Positions 26,401 through 34,837 of a stretch of DNA of 64,000 bases are shown here, piece after piece. A program made the position numbers and the translations under genes. Origin of the DNA: Candidatus Magasanikiibacteriota bacterium. GTDB taxonomy: Bacteria; Patescibacteriota; Patescibacteriia; Magasanikbacterales; UBA922. The stretch covers positions 262,612-326,611 of the forward strand of contig JBAYVA010000001.1 of NCBI GenBank assembly GCA_041674805.1. Direction: 5' to 3'. The notes below the pieces were generated by a model, which had not been told where the DNA came from, did not search any database, and was given only the letters and a program-made list of their open reading frames with translations. The number at the start of each line of letters is the position of its first letter. The stretch's first letter is position 1.

Positions 26401-29340
26401 TCAAAGTTGTCTAAACTCACATATTTCTTTAAAATCACAATACTGACAAACATGTTTATTTGGGGTAGCTTTAAAATCCCCCTTTTGAATTCGTTCCATT
26501 GCGTCAAATAGCTTGGCTTCTAACTTTTCTTTGTCTTTGTCTGTGCCTACAAAAGACATTTTCTTGTTTTCATTTAAATAAAAGAAAGTTAATTTATCTA
26601 TCTTTCCTAAATTTTGATATTGTGGCAAAGTTTCTACAGCAATTTGATAAATAAGCAATTGTTGTTTGTCATCAATCGTCAGCTTATCTTTTGGTTGTCC
26701 TGTCTTATAATCTATAATCTCCAATTTATTATCTCCCACAGCATCTATTCTATCTATTCTACCTTTGACAAGATACTCACCTATTTTTATTTTAAATCCG
26801 CCTTCGATTGTCACGGGTATTGTCCAATTGTTTTCTTGTGATTTGTAAAATTCTTTAAGCAATTCTTCACCTTTGGCAAAATATTCTTCTCTTTGATTTT
26901 TACTCTTGTACCAATCTGGAATCCATTTCCTTTTGTAAATTGCGAGTAATTCTTCTTGACTTGGTACTTTTGTTTTGCCAGTACTTTTGTCTTCGGTAAC
27001 AGTCTCAAACAAAGATACTTGCTTAGCACTATTTATATCTTGAACTTTTTCATAAAATTCTTGCAAAGTACTGTGAATAGTATTACCAAAACTAAAATGA
27101 GGGCTACCTTTACTTGGTAAATTCAAAACATAAGCCAACTTGTAATTGTAAGGACATTTTTGGTAAGTACTAATACGAGAATAAGAAAATATTTTTGGTG
27201 GAATGTATTCTATTTCTTCTTCAGCATTTTCTATTTGCGTATTTAGTTTCTTGATTTCTTGCATTAGAGTTTGTTCTTTTTCAACAAGTTTTTTTTCTTT
27301 ATTATCGAAATCAAGTTCAGCCAAAAAGCGACTTATTTTCTTTGCTCTAGTACCACCATAACTACTTGCACTGGTCAAAAATAATCTTTGTTTGGCACGA
27401 GTCACTGCCACATAAAAAAGACGACGCTCTTCCTGATAATGCAAATCATTATTTTCCAAAAACTTTTCTCTAATAAGTTCATCTGGCAAAGGTATGCCTT
27501 CACTCTTGCGTCTAGTTGGAAATCTTTCTTCCACCAAATTCACAATGAAAACATTTTTGTATTCTAAACCTTTTGAACCATGAACTGTAATAATATTAAC
27601 TGAGTCTGGTGTATCTTTGATTTGATTTATTTTGCCACCGTCCCCTGATTCGATGATGAATTCATAATTCTCAACAAAACCAGCCACATGAGCTCCCGGT
27701 ACATTTTCTTCATAAGTCCGAATAAGATCAAAAAATTGTTTCAAATGATAAATTTGTCTAATAACATCTTTGTTTCCTTTGTTTTCTTCAATAGTTAGAT
27801 ATGACAAATAGCCAATGCTTTCCATAAATTGATAAAGCAAACTGGTTGGCTTTTCAAATTTACTTTGTTTGATTCCTTCGTGACAGGCGTTCAATAATTT
27901 GTTAGCCATTTCTATCGCGTGATTAGACAAAAAGAATTCTTGAGCTCGCTTGAGTGTTTCATAATAAGACATACTTTTTCTCTTGGCAGTACTTGTCACT
28001 TTTTGCAAATCGTTTTGACTAAATTCCAAAAACGGCATTTTTAGCAAACGAAAAAATGCTTTATCATCATAAATATTAGTCAGAAGTGTGAGGAAATTGA
28101 AAGCATCAATCACAATATCTTGACGATAAAGTCCTGCAGATGCTAGATATTCAAAAGGAATGCCAAAGCTTTCCAAAGCGTTGCTAAATGGCTCTACGTG
28201 AGAATTAGCACGAACAAGAATTGCGAAATCATCCCAGTTACTATCTTTATCATTTTCTTTTATTTCCACTATTTTGTTTATCACGCCTACTACTTCTTCA
28301 TCAAGCGTTTCATAATGTAAATGTTCTATTTGAGTGTACAAATCTTTGAGGCCACTTTCTAATCTTTTACTAATTTGTAATTTTTCTTCTAGACGATGTG
28401 GATTATTATTTTTGATAGAGTTGTAAGCCAAATCCAAGATTTCTTGACCAGAACGATAATTGTCTGTCAGAACAATATTTTTAGCATCAGGATAATCTGT
28501 TTTGAAATTCATGATGATAGCGACATTGGAACCACGAAAAGAATAAATAGCTTGATCATCATCCCCTACTACTGTTAGTTTATTATTTTCTCCTGTTAAC
28601 AATTTTACCAATTGATATTGCGCCCAATTGACATCTTGAAACTCATCTACCATTATATATTTAAATCTTTTTTGTAATTTTTTGAGCACGTTTGGTCTAT
28701 CTTGCAAAAGTTTGACTGCATAAAAAATAATATCACCAAAATCCATTGACTCATTATCCAATAATAATTTTTGATATTTATTATAGGCATCAGCTAATTC
28801 AATCAATCTATTTTTTTCTTGTTTTTCAGCTTCATCTTTGTCCAAAATCAAAGACTTTACATAATCCAAATAAGCTTGCGGTGTTATCATTTCATCTTTG
28901 GCTTTGGAAAAGTGTGTAAGAAGTTCATGAATATAACGATTGGGACTACCCATTGGTCGATAATAATCAAAATTAAAATCATAAATATGTTCTCGCAAAA
29001 GCAACCAAGCATCTGTTTCATTTAATAATTTGAAATGATTTGGTAGGCCAATCTCAAGACCATATTCTTCCAAAACTTTTTGGCAAAAACTATGAAATGT
29101 AGAAATTTGCATTTCGGTATAATTGGCTTCAATCAGGTCGTCTACTCTATCTTGCATTTCTTGCGCTGCTTTGTCAGTAAAAGTCAAAGCCAAAATTTCT
29201 TCGGGCATAGCCAATTTTTGCTCGACAATGTGAGCAATTTTTTTGGTAATGACGGTAGTTTTGCCAGTACCAGCTCCAGCAATGATCAACAAATTACCGT
29301 CGTTGTATTCTATGGCTTCTTTTTGGTTTTTATTTAACAT
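26401..29340 (-). CDS. UvrD/PcrA-family helicase fused to a C-terminal PD-(D/E)XK (RecB/Cas4-like) nuclease domain (AddA-like single chain)
   Basis: Walker A GAGTGKTT and UvrD motifs (VDEFQD, TVVGDDDQAIYSFRG...VHGSKGLE). C-terminal GRIDRIDAV...EIIDYKTG...QLLIYQIAV plus CQYCDFKEIC cluster. Confidence 0.85.
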   Translation of the reverse strand: MLNKNQKEAIEYNDGNLLIIAGAGTGKTTVITKKIAHIVEQKLAMPEEILALTFTDKAAQEMQDRVDDLIEANYTEMQISTFHSFCQKVLEEYGLEIGLPNHFKLLNETDAWLLLREHIYDFNFDYYRPMGSPNRYIHELLTHFSKAKDEMITPQAYLDYVKSLILDKDEAEKQEKNRLIELADAYNKYQKLLLDNESMDFGDIIFYAVKLLQDRPNVLKKLQKRFKYIMVDEFQDVNWAQYQLVKLLTGENNKLTVVGDDDQAIYSFRGSNVAIIMNFKTDYPDAKNIVLTDNYRSGQEILDLAYNSIKNNNPHRLEEKLQISKRLESGLKDLYTQIEHLHYETLDEEVVGVINKIVEIKENDKDSNWDDFAILVRANSHVEPFSNALESFGIPFEYLASAGLYRQDIVIDAFNFLTLLTNIYDDKAFFRLLKMPFLEFSQNDLQKVTSTAKRKSMSYYETLKRAQEFFLSNHAIEMANKLLNACHEGIKQSKFEKPTSLLYQFMESIGYLSYLTIEENKGNKDVIRQIYHLKQFFDLIRTYEENVPGAHVAGFVENYEFIIESGDGGKINQIKDTPDSVNIITVHGSKGLEYKNVFIVNLVEERFPTRRKSEGIPLPDELIREKFLENNDLHYQEERRLFYVAVTRAKQRLFLTSASSYGGTRAKKISRFLAELDFDNKEKKLVEKEQTLMQEIKKLNTQIENAEEEIEYIPPKIFSYSRISTYQKCPYNYKLAYVLNLPSKGSPHFSFGNTIHSTLQEFYEKVQDINSAKQVSLFETVTEDKSTGKTKVPSQEELLAIYKRKWIPDWYKSKNQREEYFAKGEELLKEFYKSQENNWTIPVTIEGGFKIKIGEYLVKGRIDRIDAVGDNKLEIIDYKTGQPKDKLTIDDKQQLLIYQIAVETLPQYQNLGKIDKLTFFYLNENKKMSFVGTDKDKEKLEAKLFDAMERIQKGDFKATPNKHVCQYCDFKEICEFRQL

Positions 29341-29522
29341 ACTGAGCAGAGCTAAGTATCTTTCCTAAGAAAAATATCAATAATAAGAAAAAACTTCATC
29401 TATATTAAAATTGTTTAAGCTAGTATTATTCTACTACAATTATTCAAAAAAACAAAATCTCCCCAACTAAGAGAGATTCTATTCCGCGTCTATCCGCGTA
29501 AATATCCGTTTAATCTGCATTT

Positions 29523-29675
29523 TTAAACTCCACAATTACATCCACCACAACAACTATCTTCTTTGTCTGTTTCCTCATCACAAGCGCATTCACCTGTTTC
29601 ACAACAAGCGTCTTCTGCTACTTCTTTTTCATCTTTATCTTCTTTACAATCACAATTTTGACATGTATTTTGCAT
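29523..29675 (-). CDS. 50-aa cysteine-rich acidic small protein (metallothionein-like?), not in the ORF track
   Basis: ATG...TAA ORF: MQNTCQNCDCKEDKDEKEVAEDACCETGECACDEETDKEDSCCGGCNCGV, 11 Cys in 50 aa. It fills the only gap between the ABC exporter and the helicase. Confidence 0.4.
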   Translation of the reverse strand: MQNTCQNCDCKEDKDEKEVAEDACCETGECACDEETDKEDSCCGGCNCGV

Positions 29676-29729
29676 ATTTTTCTAAATTTAAAAATTATAA
29701 GTATATACTATAATTACAGAACAAAAATG

Positions 29730-31478
29730 TCAAGCCATAAAACCACCAACTTGAATATCCCACAAATTACGATAAATACCATTTTTTTTCTTCAAAAGTA
29801 CTTTGTGTGAACCTTGTTCAAGAATTCCACCTTGCTCTATCACCAAAATTCTATTTGAATTCATAATAGTTGAGAGTCTATGTGCGACGATAATGACAGT
29901 CTTGCCTTTCATCAGATTTCCCAAAGCATCTTGGATAAGCTTTTCTGACTTAGAATCTAGACTAGAAGTCGCTTCGTCCAAAATCAAAATTGGAGAATTT
30001 TTTAGTATTGCTCGAGCTATAGCTACACGCTGTCTTTCACCGCCCGAAAGTTTGATACCTCTTTCTCCTACCAAAGTATTGTAACCATCTGACAAATTCA
30101 AAATAAAATCATGAGCATTGGCTTGCTTGGCAACGGACATCACTTCTTCATCACTAGCGTCTGGTTTGGCATAACGAATATTTTCCATAATACTTCTATG
30201 AAAAAGCATCGGATCTTGTGGGACAAGACTGACATTTTGCCACAAACTTTCTTGAGTACACTTGGCAATGTTTTGTCCATCTATCAGAATTTTTCCACCA
30301 GAAATATCATGCTGACGTAAAAGCAATTTTACAATCGTAGACTTACCTGCACCTGACGAACCAACCAAAGCTATTTTTTCTTGAGGTTTGATTACCAAAT
30401 CCATTTTTCTAATTATTTCTCTAGTTTTGTTATAAGCAAAAGAAACATCTTTGAATTCTATTTTACCTGTGGTAACTTGTAATTTTTTGGCATTTTTAAC
30501 ATCTTGTATATCATAAGGCATATTTAGTATTTCGGTCATCTCTTCAGCGTCAGCCAGTGACTCATAAAAATCTCTAATCACACGACCAAAGCCAAAAAAC
30601 TTTTCAAAAATAATAATAAGATAAGATTGAATCAAAATAAAATCACCAACTGTAATACTACCAGCTTGCCAAACTTTGACAGCATAAAACAACATCACGA
30701 TTTCCAACAAAATCATCAGCATCCATTGTACACCATCAAACCAAGTAGAAATGTCCCAAGAAAATTTTCTTATTTTCCTTAGATCTTCTGTTTTTTGTTC
30801 AAATTCATTACACTCTCTACCATAACCAACCAACAACTTTACATTGGTATTATTAGTAAAAGAATCAGCCAAAAAAGCTCCAACTTTAGAATCAAGCTGG
30901 CTTCTCTCAAAATCATATTTTAATTTGAATTTACTAAAAAAGTAACTAGTCAAAACAAAGATGAATATCCAAGAAAGTATTATTAAAGCAAAAAATTTAT
31001 TACGACTAAATAAGACAATAGAAATAAGTGTAACATTGACAATGATAGGCAAAAGATCCCAAATTATTCTATCTGAAATTCTATCAAAAGCTTGTACAAA
31101 TCTACCAACTTTTTTTACCAGAGAACCTACAAAACTGTTGTTGAAAAAAGAAAAAGAATGTTTGTGAACTTTGGAAAAACAAGCATCATTCAAATCTTTT
31201 AGACTATCTGTACTAAATTTTATGTACAAAAAAGCCATGACACGAATAAAAAACCAATGTGAAATTTTTATACCCAAAATAATAAATAATGTGGTATAGA
31301 GAATCTCAACATTAGGATTGGTAGACAAGACATCAAAAAACTTTTTGTACCAATAAGGAGCCAATATTGAAAAAGCATCACCAATCAATAACAACAAAAA
31401 CATAGACATAAAGCTCCATTTGTATTTCCAAGCTTGTTGCCAATAAATTTTCAAAGTTATTTTGGTATTATTTTTCAT
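29730..31478 (-). CDS. ABC transporter, fused permease/ATPase (exporter type, MsbA-like)
   Basis: N-terminal 6-TM domain. NBD with GSSGAGKST, LSGGERQRVAIARAIL and ILILDEATSSLD. The track ORF begins with TTG; ATG at MKNNTKI is the likely start. Confidence 0.9.
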   Translation of the reverse strand: MKNNTKITLKIYWQQAWKYKWSFMSMFLLLLIGDAFSILAPYWYKKFFDVLSTNPNVEILYTTLFIILGIKISHWFFIRVMAFLYIKFSTDSLKDLNDACFSKVHKHSFSFFNNSFVGSLVKKVGRFVQAFDRISDRIIWDLLPIIVNVTLISIVLFSRNKFFALIILSWIFIFVLTSYFFSKFKLKYDFERSQLDSKVGAFLADSFTNNTNVKLLVGYGRECNEFEQKTEDLRKIRKFSWDISTWFDGVQWMLMILLEIVMLFYAVKVWQAGSITVGDFILIQSYLIIIFEKFFGFGRVIRDFYESLADAEEMTEILNMPYDIQDVKNAKKLQVTTGKIEFKDVSFAYNKTREIIRKMDLVIKPQEKIALVGSSGAGKSTIVKLLLRQHDISGGKILIDGQNIAKCTQESLWQNVSLVPQDPMLFHRSIMENIRYAKPDASDEEVMSVAKQANAHDFILNLSDGYNTLVGERGIKLSGGERQRVAIARAILKNSPILILDEATSSLDSKSEKLIQDALGNLMKGKTVIIVAHRLSTIMNSNRILVIEQGGILEQGSHKVLLKKKNGIYRNLWDIQVGGFMA

Positions 31479-31502
31479 AAGTAATTTATTTTTTTTGCAA
31501 TA

Positions 31503-31548
31503 AAAAAACGTCAATAGTATTATACACCTTTTGACGTTTTTTTAAAAT
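31503..31548. terminator. bidirectional intrinsic terminator-like hairpin
   Basis: aaaaaaacgtcaa-N16-ttgacgttttttt. Confidence 0.5.
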
Positions 31549-31792
31549 AGTTTTTTTAAAAAATAAAAAACAATAATAAAAAATAATTATTGTTTATCTT
31601 TAAAATCTTATAATTATTATTTACAAAATAAATTATAAAAAATTCAAATTACAATAATTAACAAATCTTTTGTCAAAATCAATCTAAATTTTTGTTTCAA
31701 AAAACCAAAACTTAGATTGATTGAGACGACGTACCTCCTTTGTTAAAGTAATCTCAATCCTCCTTTTGTTCTTCTTTTTTTTCGATGAGCCC

Positions 31793-32215
31793 TCACAATG
31801 GGGGCTTTACCGAAGAATGGTGTTGAATGGCTCTGCCAAACACCACCACAAAGCTGAACCGAGCTACAAGAGGATGATCGGAACCCTCCACTTTAAACTC
31901 GTATATACCAGACGTAACAAAAATAAACAGAAAATTATGATGCACTTCTTCGACTACTCGGCACTGTGGCCGCTTAGCCAAAAAGTGAATCATATACATC
32001 AAAACGCCTTCATGCGTTTTGATGTGTTGACCACAAAAAGTTGGAAGAAAAGAGATACTACGTAGGTGATAAAGTCTGCAAACAGTCTTGATATCTCCAC
32101 TGTTCACAGCACCAACCCACCTCCCTAAAAAAGCTGTATTGCGCCGCCACGACTCTGTCGCGGCAGCTACAAATAAAAACAACACCAAGAAAGGCACTGT
32201 TGCCAAAAGATCCAC
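31793..32215 (-). CDS. candidate 140-aa protein with hydrophobic N-terminus, GC-rich (putatively acquired)
   Basis: GTG start 5 nt after AGGAGG, downstream of a TTGACA-N17-TATGAT promoter. Begins MDLLATVPFLVLFLFVAAATESW. No homology recognised, and an antisense ORF also exists. Confidence 0.3.
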   Translation of the reverse strand: MDLLATVPFLVLFLFVAAATESWRRNTAFLGRWVGAVNSGDIKTVCRLYHLRSISFLPTFCGQHIKTHEGVLMYMIHFLAKRPQCRVVEEVHHNFLFIFVTSGIYEFKVEGSDHPLVARFSFVVVFGRAIQHHSSVKPPL

Positions 32216-32233
32216 CTGGACCTCCTAGAAATG

Positions 32234-32440
32234 CGACTTCACAACGTGAGAACTTCTCACGCCATTCAGTCGCTGGTTTCTATCTAAAAAATAGACAAAA
32301 ATCAGCAACTGAATTTTTTGGCACGCACAAAATCATACTCTCCGACATATCCACTGTCAATTACTATATCCTTGACAGAGTGTAATTTGTCGTTCTATTT
32401 GTAAAAGTTCTCTATACAAAAAAATACACCTAATTTAATA
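32234..32440. repeat. direct repeat copy 1 (~205 bp) of the promoter/leader/terminator module
   Basis: Near-identical to 32648-32850; read directly. Confidence 0.9.
32332..32360 (-). promoter_or_regulatory. sigma70-type promoter P1 (TTGACA-N17-TATGAT); the -35 lies in a TTGACA-N7-TGTCAA palindrome
   Basis: On the minus strand: ttgacagtggatatgtcggagagtatgat. Confidence 0.5.
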
Positions 32441-32455
32441 GATGTATTTTTTTTG
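32416..32455 (-). terminator. intrinsic terminator ending the P2 transcription unit (usable on both strands)
   Basis: aaaaaaatacacct-loop-agatgtattttttttg. Confidence 0.55.
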
Positions 32456-32500
32456 CCCCTCCTTTCCTCCTTTGTGTATGTGAATGGTTGGGCAATTACC

Positions 32501-32629
32501 TCAAGCGGATCCCCAATAGCGGGAATCTCCACCTGAAGCCCCTGATTTCCGGCGGCTGTTTAGCCAGCCGGAAACCATCAACAACACAATGACGGGAGAC
32601 ACTCCCGCCAAAAACTCCAAAAAGCTCAT
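32501..32629 (-). CDS. candidate 42-aa hydrophobic peptide (single TM helix plus basic tail)
   Basis: GGAGG-N5-ATG; MSFLEFLAGVSPVIVLLMVSGWLNSRRKSGASGGDSRYWGSA. Downstream of promoter P2 and the conserved leader. Confidence 0.3.
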   Translation of the reverse strand: MSFLEFLAGVSPVIVLLMVSGWLNSRRKSGASGGDSRYWGSA

Positions 32630-32647
32630 GTGAGCCTCCGAAACGGC

Positions 32648-32850
32648 GACTTCGCAACGTGAGTACTTCCCACGCCATTCAGTCGCTAGTTTCTATCTAA
32701 AAAATAGACAAAAATCAGCAACTGAATTTTTTGGCACGCACAAAATAATACTCTTTGACATATCCACTGTCAATTACTTTACCCTTGACAAATTTCAATT
32801 TGTCGTTCTATTTGTAAAAGTTATTTATATAAAAAAATACACCTATTTTC
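32648..32850. repeat. direct repeat copy 2 (~205 bp)
   Basis: Near-identical to 32234-32440. Confidence 0.9.
32744..32772 (-). promoter_or_regulatory. sigma70-type promoter P2 (TTGACA-N17-TATTAT)
   Basis: On the minus strand: ttgacagtggatatgtcaaagagtattat. Confidence 0.5.
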
Positions 32851-32866
32851 TAGGTGTATTTTAATT
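32835..32866 (-). terminator. intrinsic terminator of the ArsB/NhaD permease gene
   Basis: On the minus strand: aaaatacacctagaaaataggtgtattttttt. Confidence 0.6.
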
Positions 32867-32881
32867 AATTTATTTTAATTT

Positions 32882-34156
32882 CTAAACAAGATAACGTAAG
32901 AAAATATAGACAGTACACATCACCAAAGCTACAAAAGTCAAAGGTAATGCCATCTTCATATACTCCCAAAAACCAATACCATGACCTTCTTTACTAGCAA
33001 TACCACTTACTACAACATTGGCTGAAGCACCAACCAAGGTCGCATTTCCACCAATATCAGCACCAAGAGCCAATGCCCACCAAATTGGTGCCAAAGGTAA
33101 TCCAGCAATAGTTCCCAAATCTTTGACAAGTGGGATCATAGTAGCTACAAATGGAATATTATCAATTACAGCTGAAAATATAGCTGAACCCCACAAAACA
33201 CTCAAAGTAGTAGCTGTCATGTTTCCACCAGTAAGATTTAGCAAACCTTCAGCCAACATACGAATAGCGCCAACTTCTTCTAGAGCTACAACCAAGATGA
33301 AAAGTCCCATGAAGAAAAATATTGTAGTCCATTCTACTTCTTTCAAATGTTCTTCTGGATCATGCATGGTCAAAAGCAACATAAGAGCAGCACCACCAAG
33401 AGCGATAGTAGCACCTTCTAAATGAGTTACACTATGGGTAAAAAATCCAACCAAAACTATAGCTAAGACAAACAATGCTTTTTTTAGTAATTTTACGTCA
33501 GACAAAGCTTCTCTTGGGTTGAATTTTGCGATAGTAGCTTGTGCTTCTGCAGTAGCCACAAGTTGCTTGCGATAAATAAAAACCAAAAGACCAATAGTGA
33601 CAGCAGAAATAAGTAAAGAAATAGGAGCAAGATTAACCAAAAAATCATTGAAAGTAAGTCCACTAGCACTACCAATCAAAATGTTTGGTGGATCTCCGAT
33701 AAGAGTAGCTGTACCACCAATATTGGCCAACAAGATTGCGCCTATCAAAAATGGCTTAGGGTGAATTTTCAAATTATGAGCAACCACAAAAGTGACTGGT
33801 ATCATAAGAAGTACAGTTGTTACGTTGTCGAGTAAAGCAGAAAAAACAGCAACAATAGACAATAATAATATGTATATTTTTACAGGGTTACCTTTACCAA
33901 CTTTGGTAGCCCAGATAGCCACATATTGAAACATACCACTGTGTTTGGCTATTCCCACAATAATCATCATACCAATCAAAAGGCCTAGAGTATTGAAGTC
34001 AATCCCCTCAATTGCTTTTTCTTGTGTCACAATACCAAGCAAAACCATCAATCCAGCACCAGCCATAGCAATGACAGTACGATGAATTTTTTCAGAGATG
34101 ATAATAGCGTAAGTAGTAATAAAGACGACAAGTGTAATCCAAAAAAAGATTCCCAT
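32882..34156 (-). CDS. ArsB/NhaD-superfamily (SLC13/CitMHS-like) anion/ion permease
   Basis: 424 aa, polytopic. Has LLDNVTTVLLMIPV and IGGTATLIGDPPNILI motifs. Confidence 0.7.
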   Translation of the reverse strand: MGIFFWITLVVFITTYAIIISEKIHRTVIAMAGAGLMVLLGIVTQEKAIEGIDFNTLGLLIGMMIIVGIAKHSGMFQYVAIWATKVGKGNPVKIYILLLSIVAVFSALLDNVTTVLLMIPVTFVVAHNLKIHPKPFLIGAILLANIGGTATLIGDPPNILIGSASGLTFNDFLVNLAPISLLISAVTIGLLVFIYRKQLVATAEAQATIAKFNPREALSDVKLLKKALFVLAIVLVGFFTHSVTHLEGATIALGGAALMLLLTMHDPEEHLKEVEWTTIFFFMGLFILVVALEEVGAIRMLAEGLLNLTGGNMTATTLSVLWGSAIFSAVIDNIPFVATMIPLVKDLGTIAGLPLAPIWWALALGADIGGNATLVGASANVVVSGIASKEGHGIGFWEYMKMALPLTFVALVMCTVYIFLRYLV

Positions 34157-34183
34157 ATAGTTTATAGATCTTTATTATATTTA

Positions 34184-34654
34184 TTAATGAATTCCTAGTA
34201 CACGAGCGATAGCTTTTTTGATATCAGTACGATTGATATAACCAACCAATTTTTCTTCAGCATCGACTACTGGAATTTGACGAATCTTGAATTCTGAAAG
34301 AACAGTAGCAGCTTCCATCAAAGTATGACTTTCTTTGATAGTGTGAACTTCTTTGGTCATAAATTTGGTAATAGGTTCATCAGCAACTTCTTTGATTCTA
34401 ACACTAAATTCTTCAGCAGCTTCAAAAGAAGCTAAGTGTTTGTCTTCTTCCAAATAATCTGGAACTACATATTGAATCAAATCCATACTAGACAAAATTC
34501 CTTTTACATAATTTTCATCGTCAACAACAACCACTCCATTGGTGCGACCATCAACCATTTTTTGCAATGCTTCTCTAAAAGTAGCATTAATATTTATCGA
34601 TGTTACAACATTTTGCATGTTGTTTCTAACAAGATATTTTTCTTGTTCTGTCAT
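34184..34654 (-). CDS. CBS-pair domain protein
   Basis: Two CBS repeats (VVTSININATFREALQKMVDGRTNGVVVVDDEN...; VHTIKESHTLMEAATVLSEFKIRQIPVVDAEEKLVGYI). Confidence 0.8.
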   Translation of the reverse strand: MTEQEKYLVRNNMQNVVTSININATFREALQKMVDGRTNGVVVVDDENYVKGILSSMDLIQYVVPDYLEEDKHLASFEAAEEFSVRIKEVADEPITKFMTKEVHTIKESHTLMEAATVLSEFKIRQIPVVDAEEKLVGYINRTDIKKAIARVLGIH

Positions 34655-34837
34655 ATATTCTATATATTATATATAAATTAAATTACTTTTTGCTTTGATT
34701 TTGTATCAAGACAGACAATATTATATGCTAATTTTACTATAATTTCAAGGGTAACAGTGGATAAATAATCAAACAATAAAAATACCAGTTTATAATCTGG
34801 TATTTTCTATTTTTTTACTTTAAAAGTCAATTTGCCT

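Noticed and set aside
31725-31745. Sequence acctcctttg resembling the 3' end of 16S rRNA
   Set aside because: Flanking sequence is AT-rich and has no other 16S-like conservation. It is only an isolated anti-SD-like word.
31721-32065. 114-aa plus-strand ORF in the GC-rich island
   Set aside because: It is antisense to the minus-strand ORF, which has a promoter, an SD and a start. It has no SD or promoter of its own. Chance ORFs are expected in GC-rich DNA.
32496-32678. 60-aa minus-strand ORF from the track
   Set aside because: It is in a different frame from the SD-preceded 42-aa ORF (32501-32629) and has no start context.
32234-32850. Possible CRISPR array
   Set aside because: There are only two repeat copies, about 205 bp long, with about 210-bp divergent GC-rich 'spacers'. 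The repeats contain a promoter and hairpins. This is not CRISPR architecture.
33018-33425. 135-aa plus-strand ORF inside the permease gene
   Set aside because: It is antisense to a strongly supported polytopic transporter and is a composition artifact.
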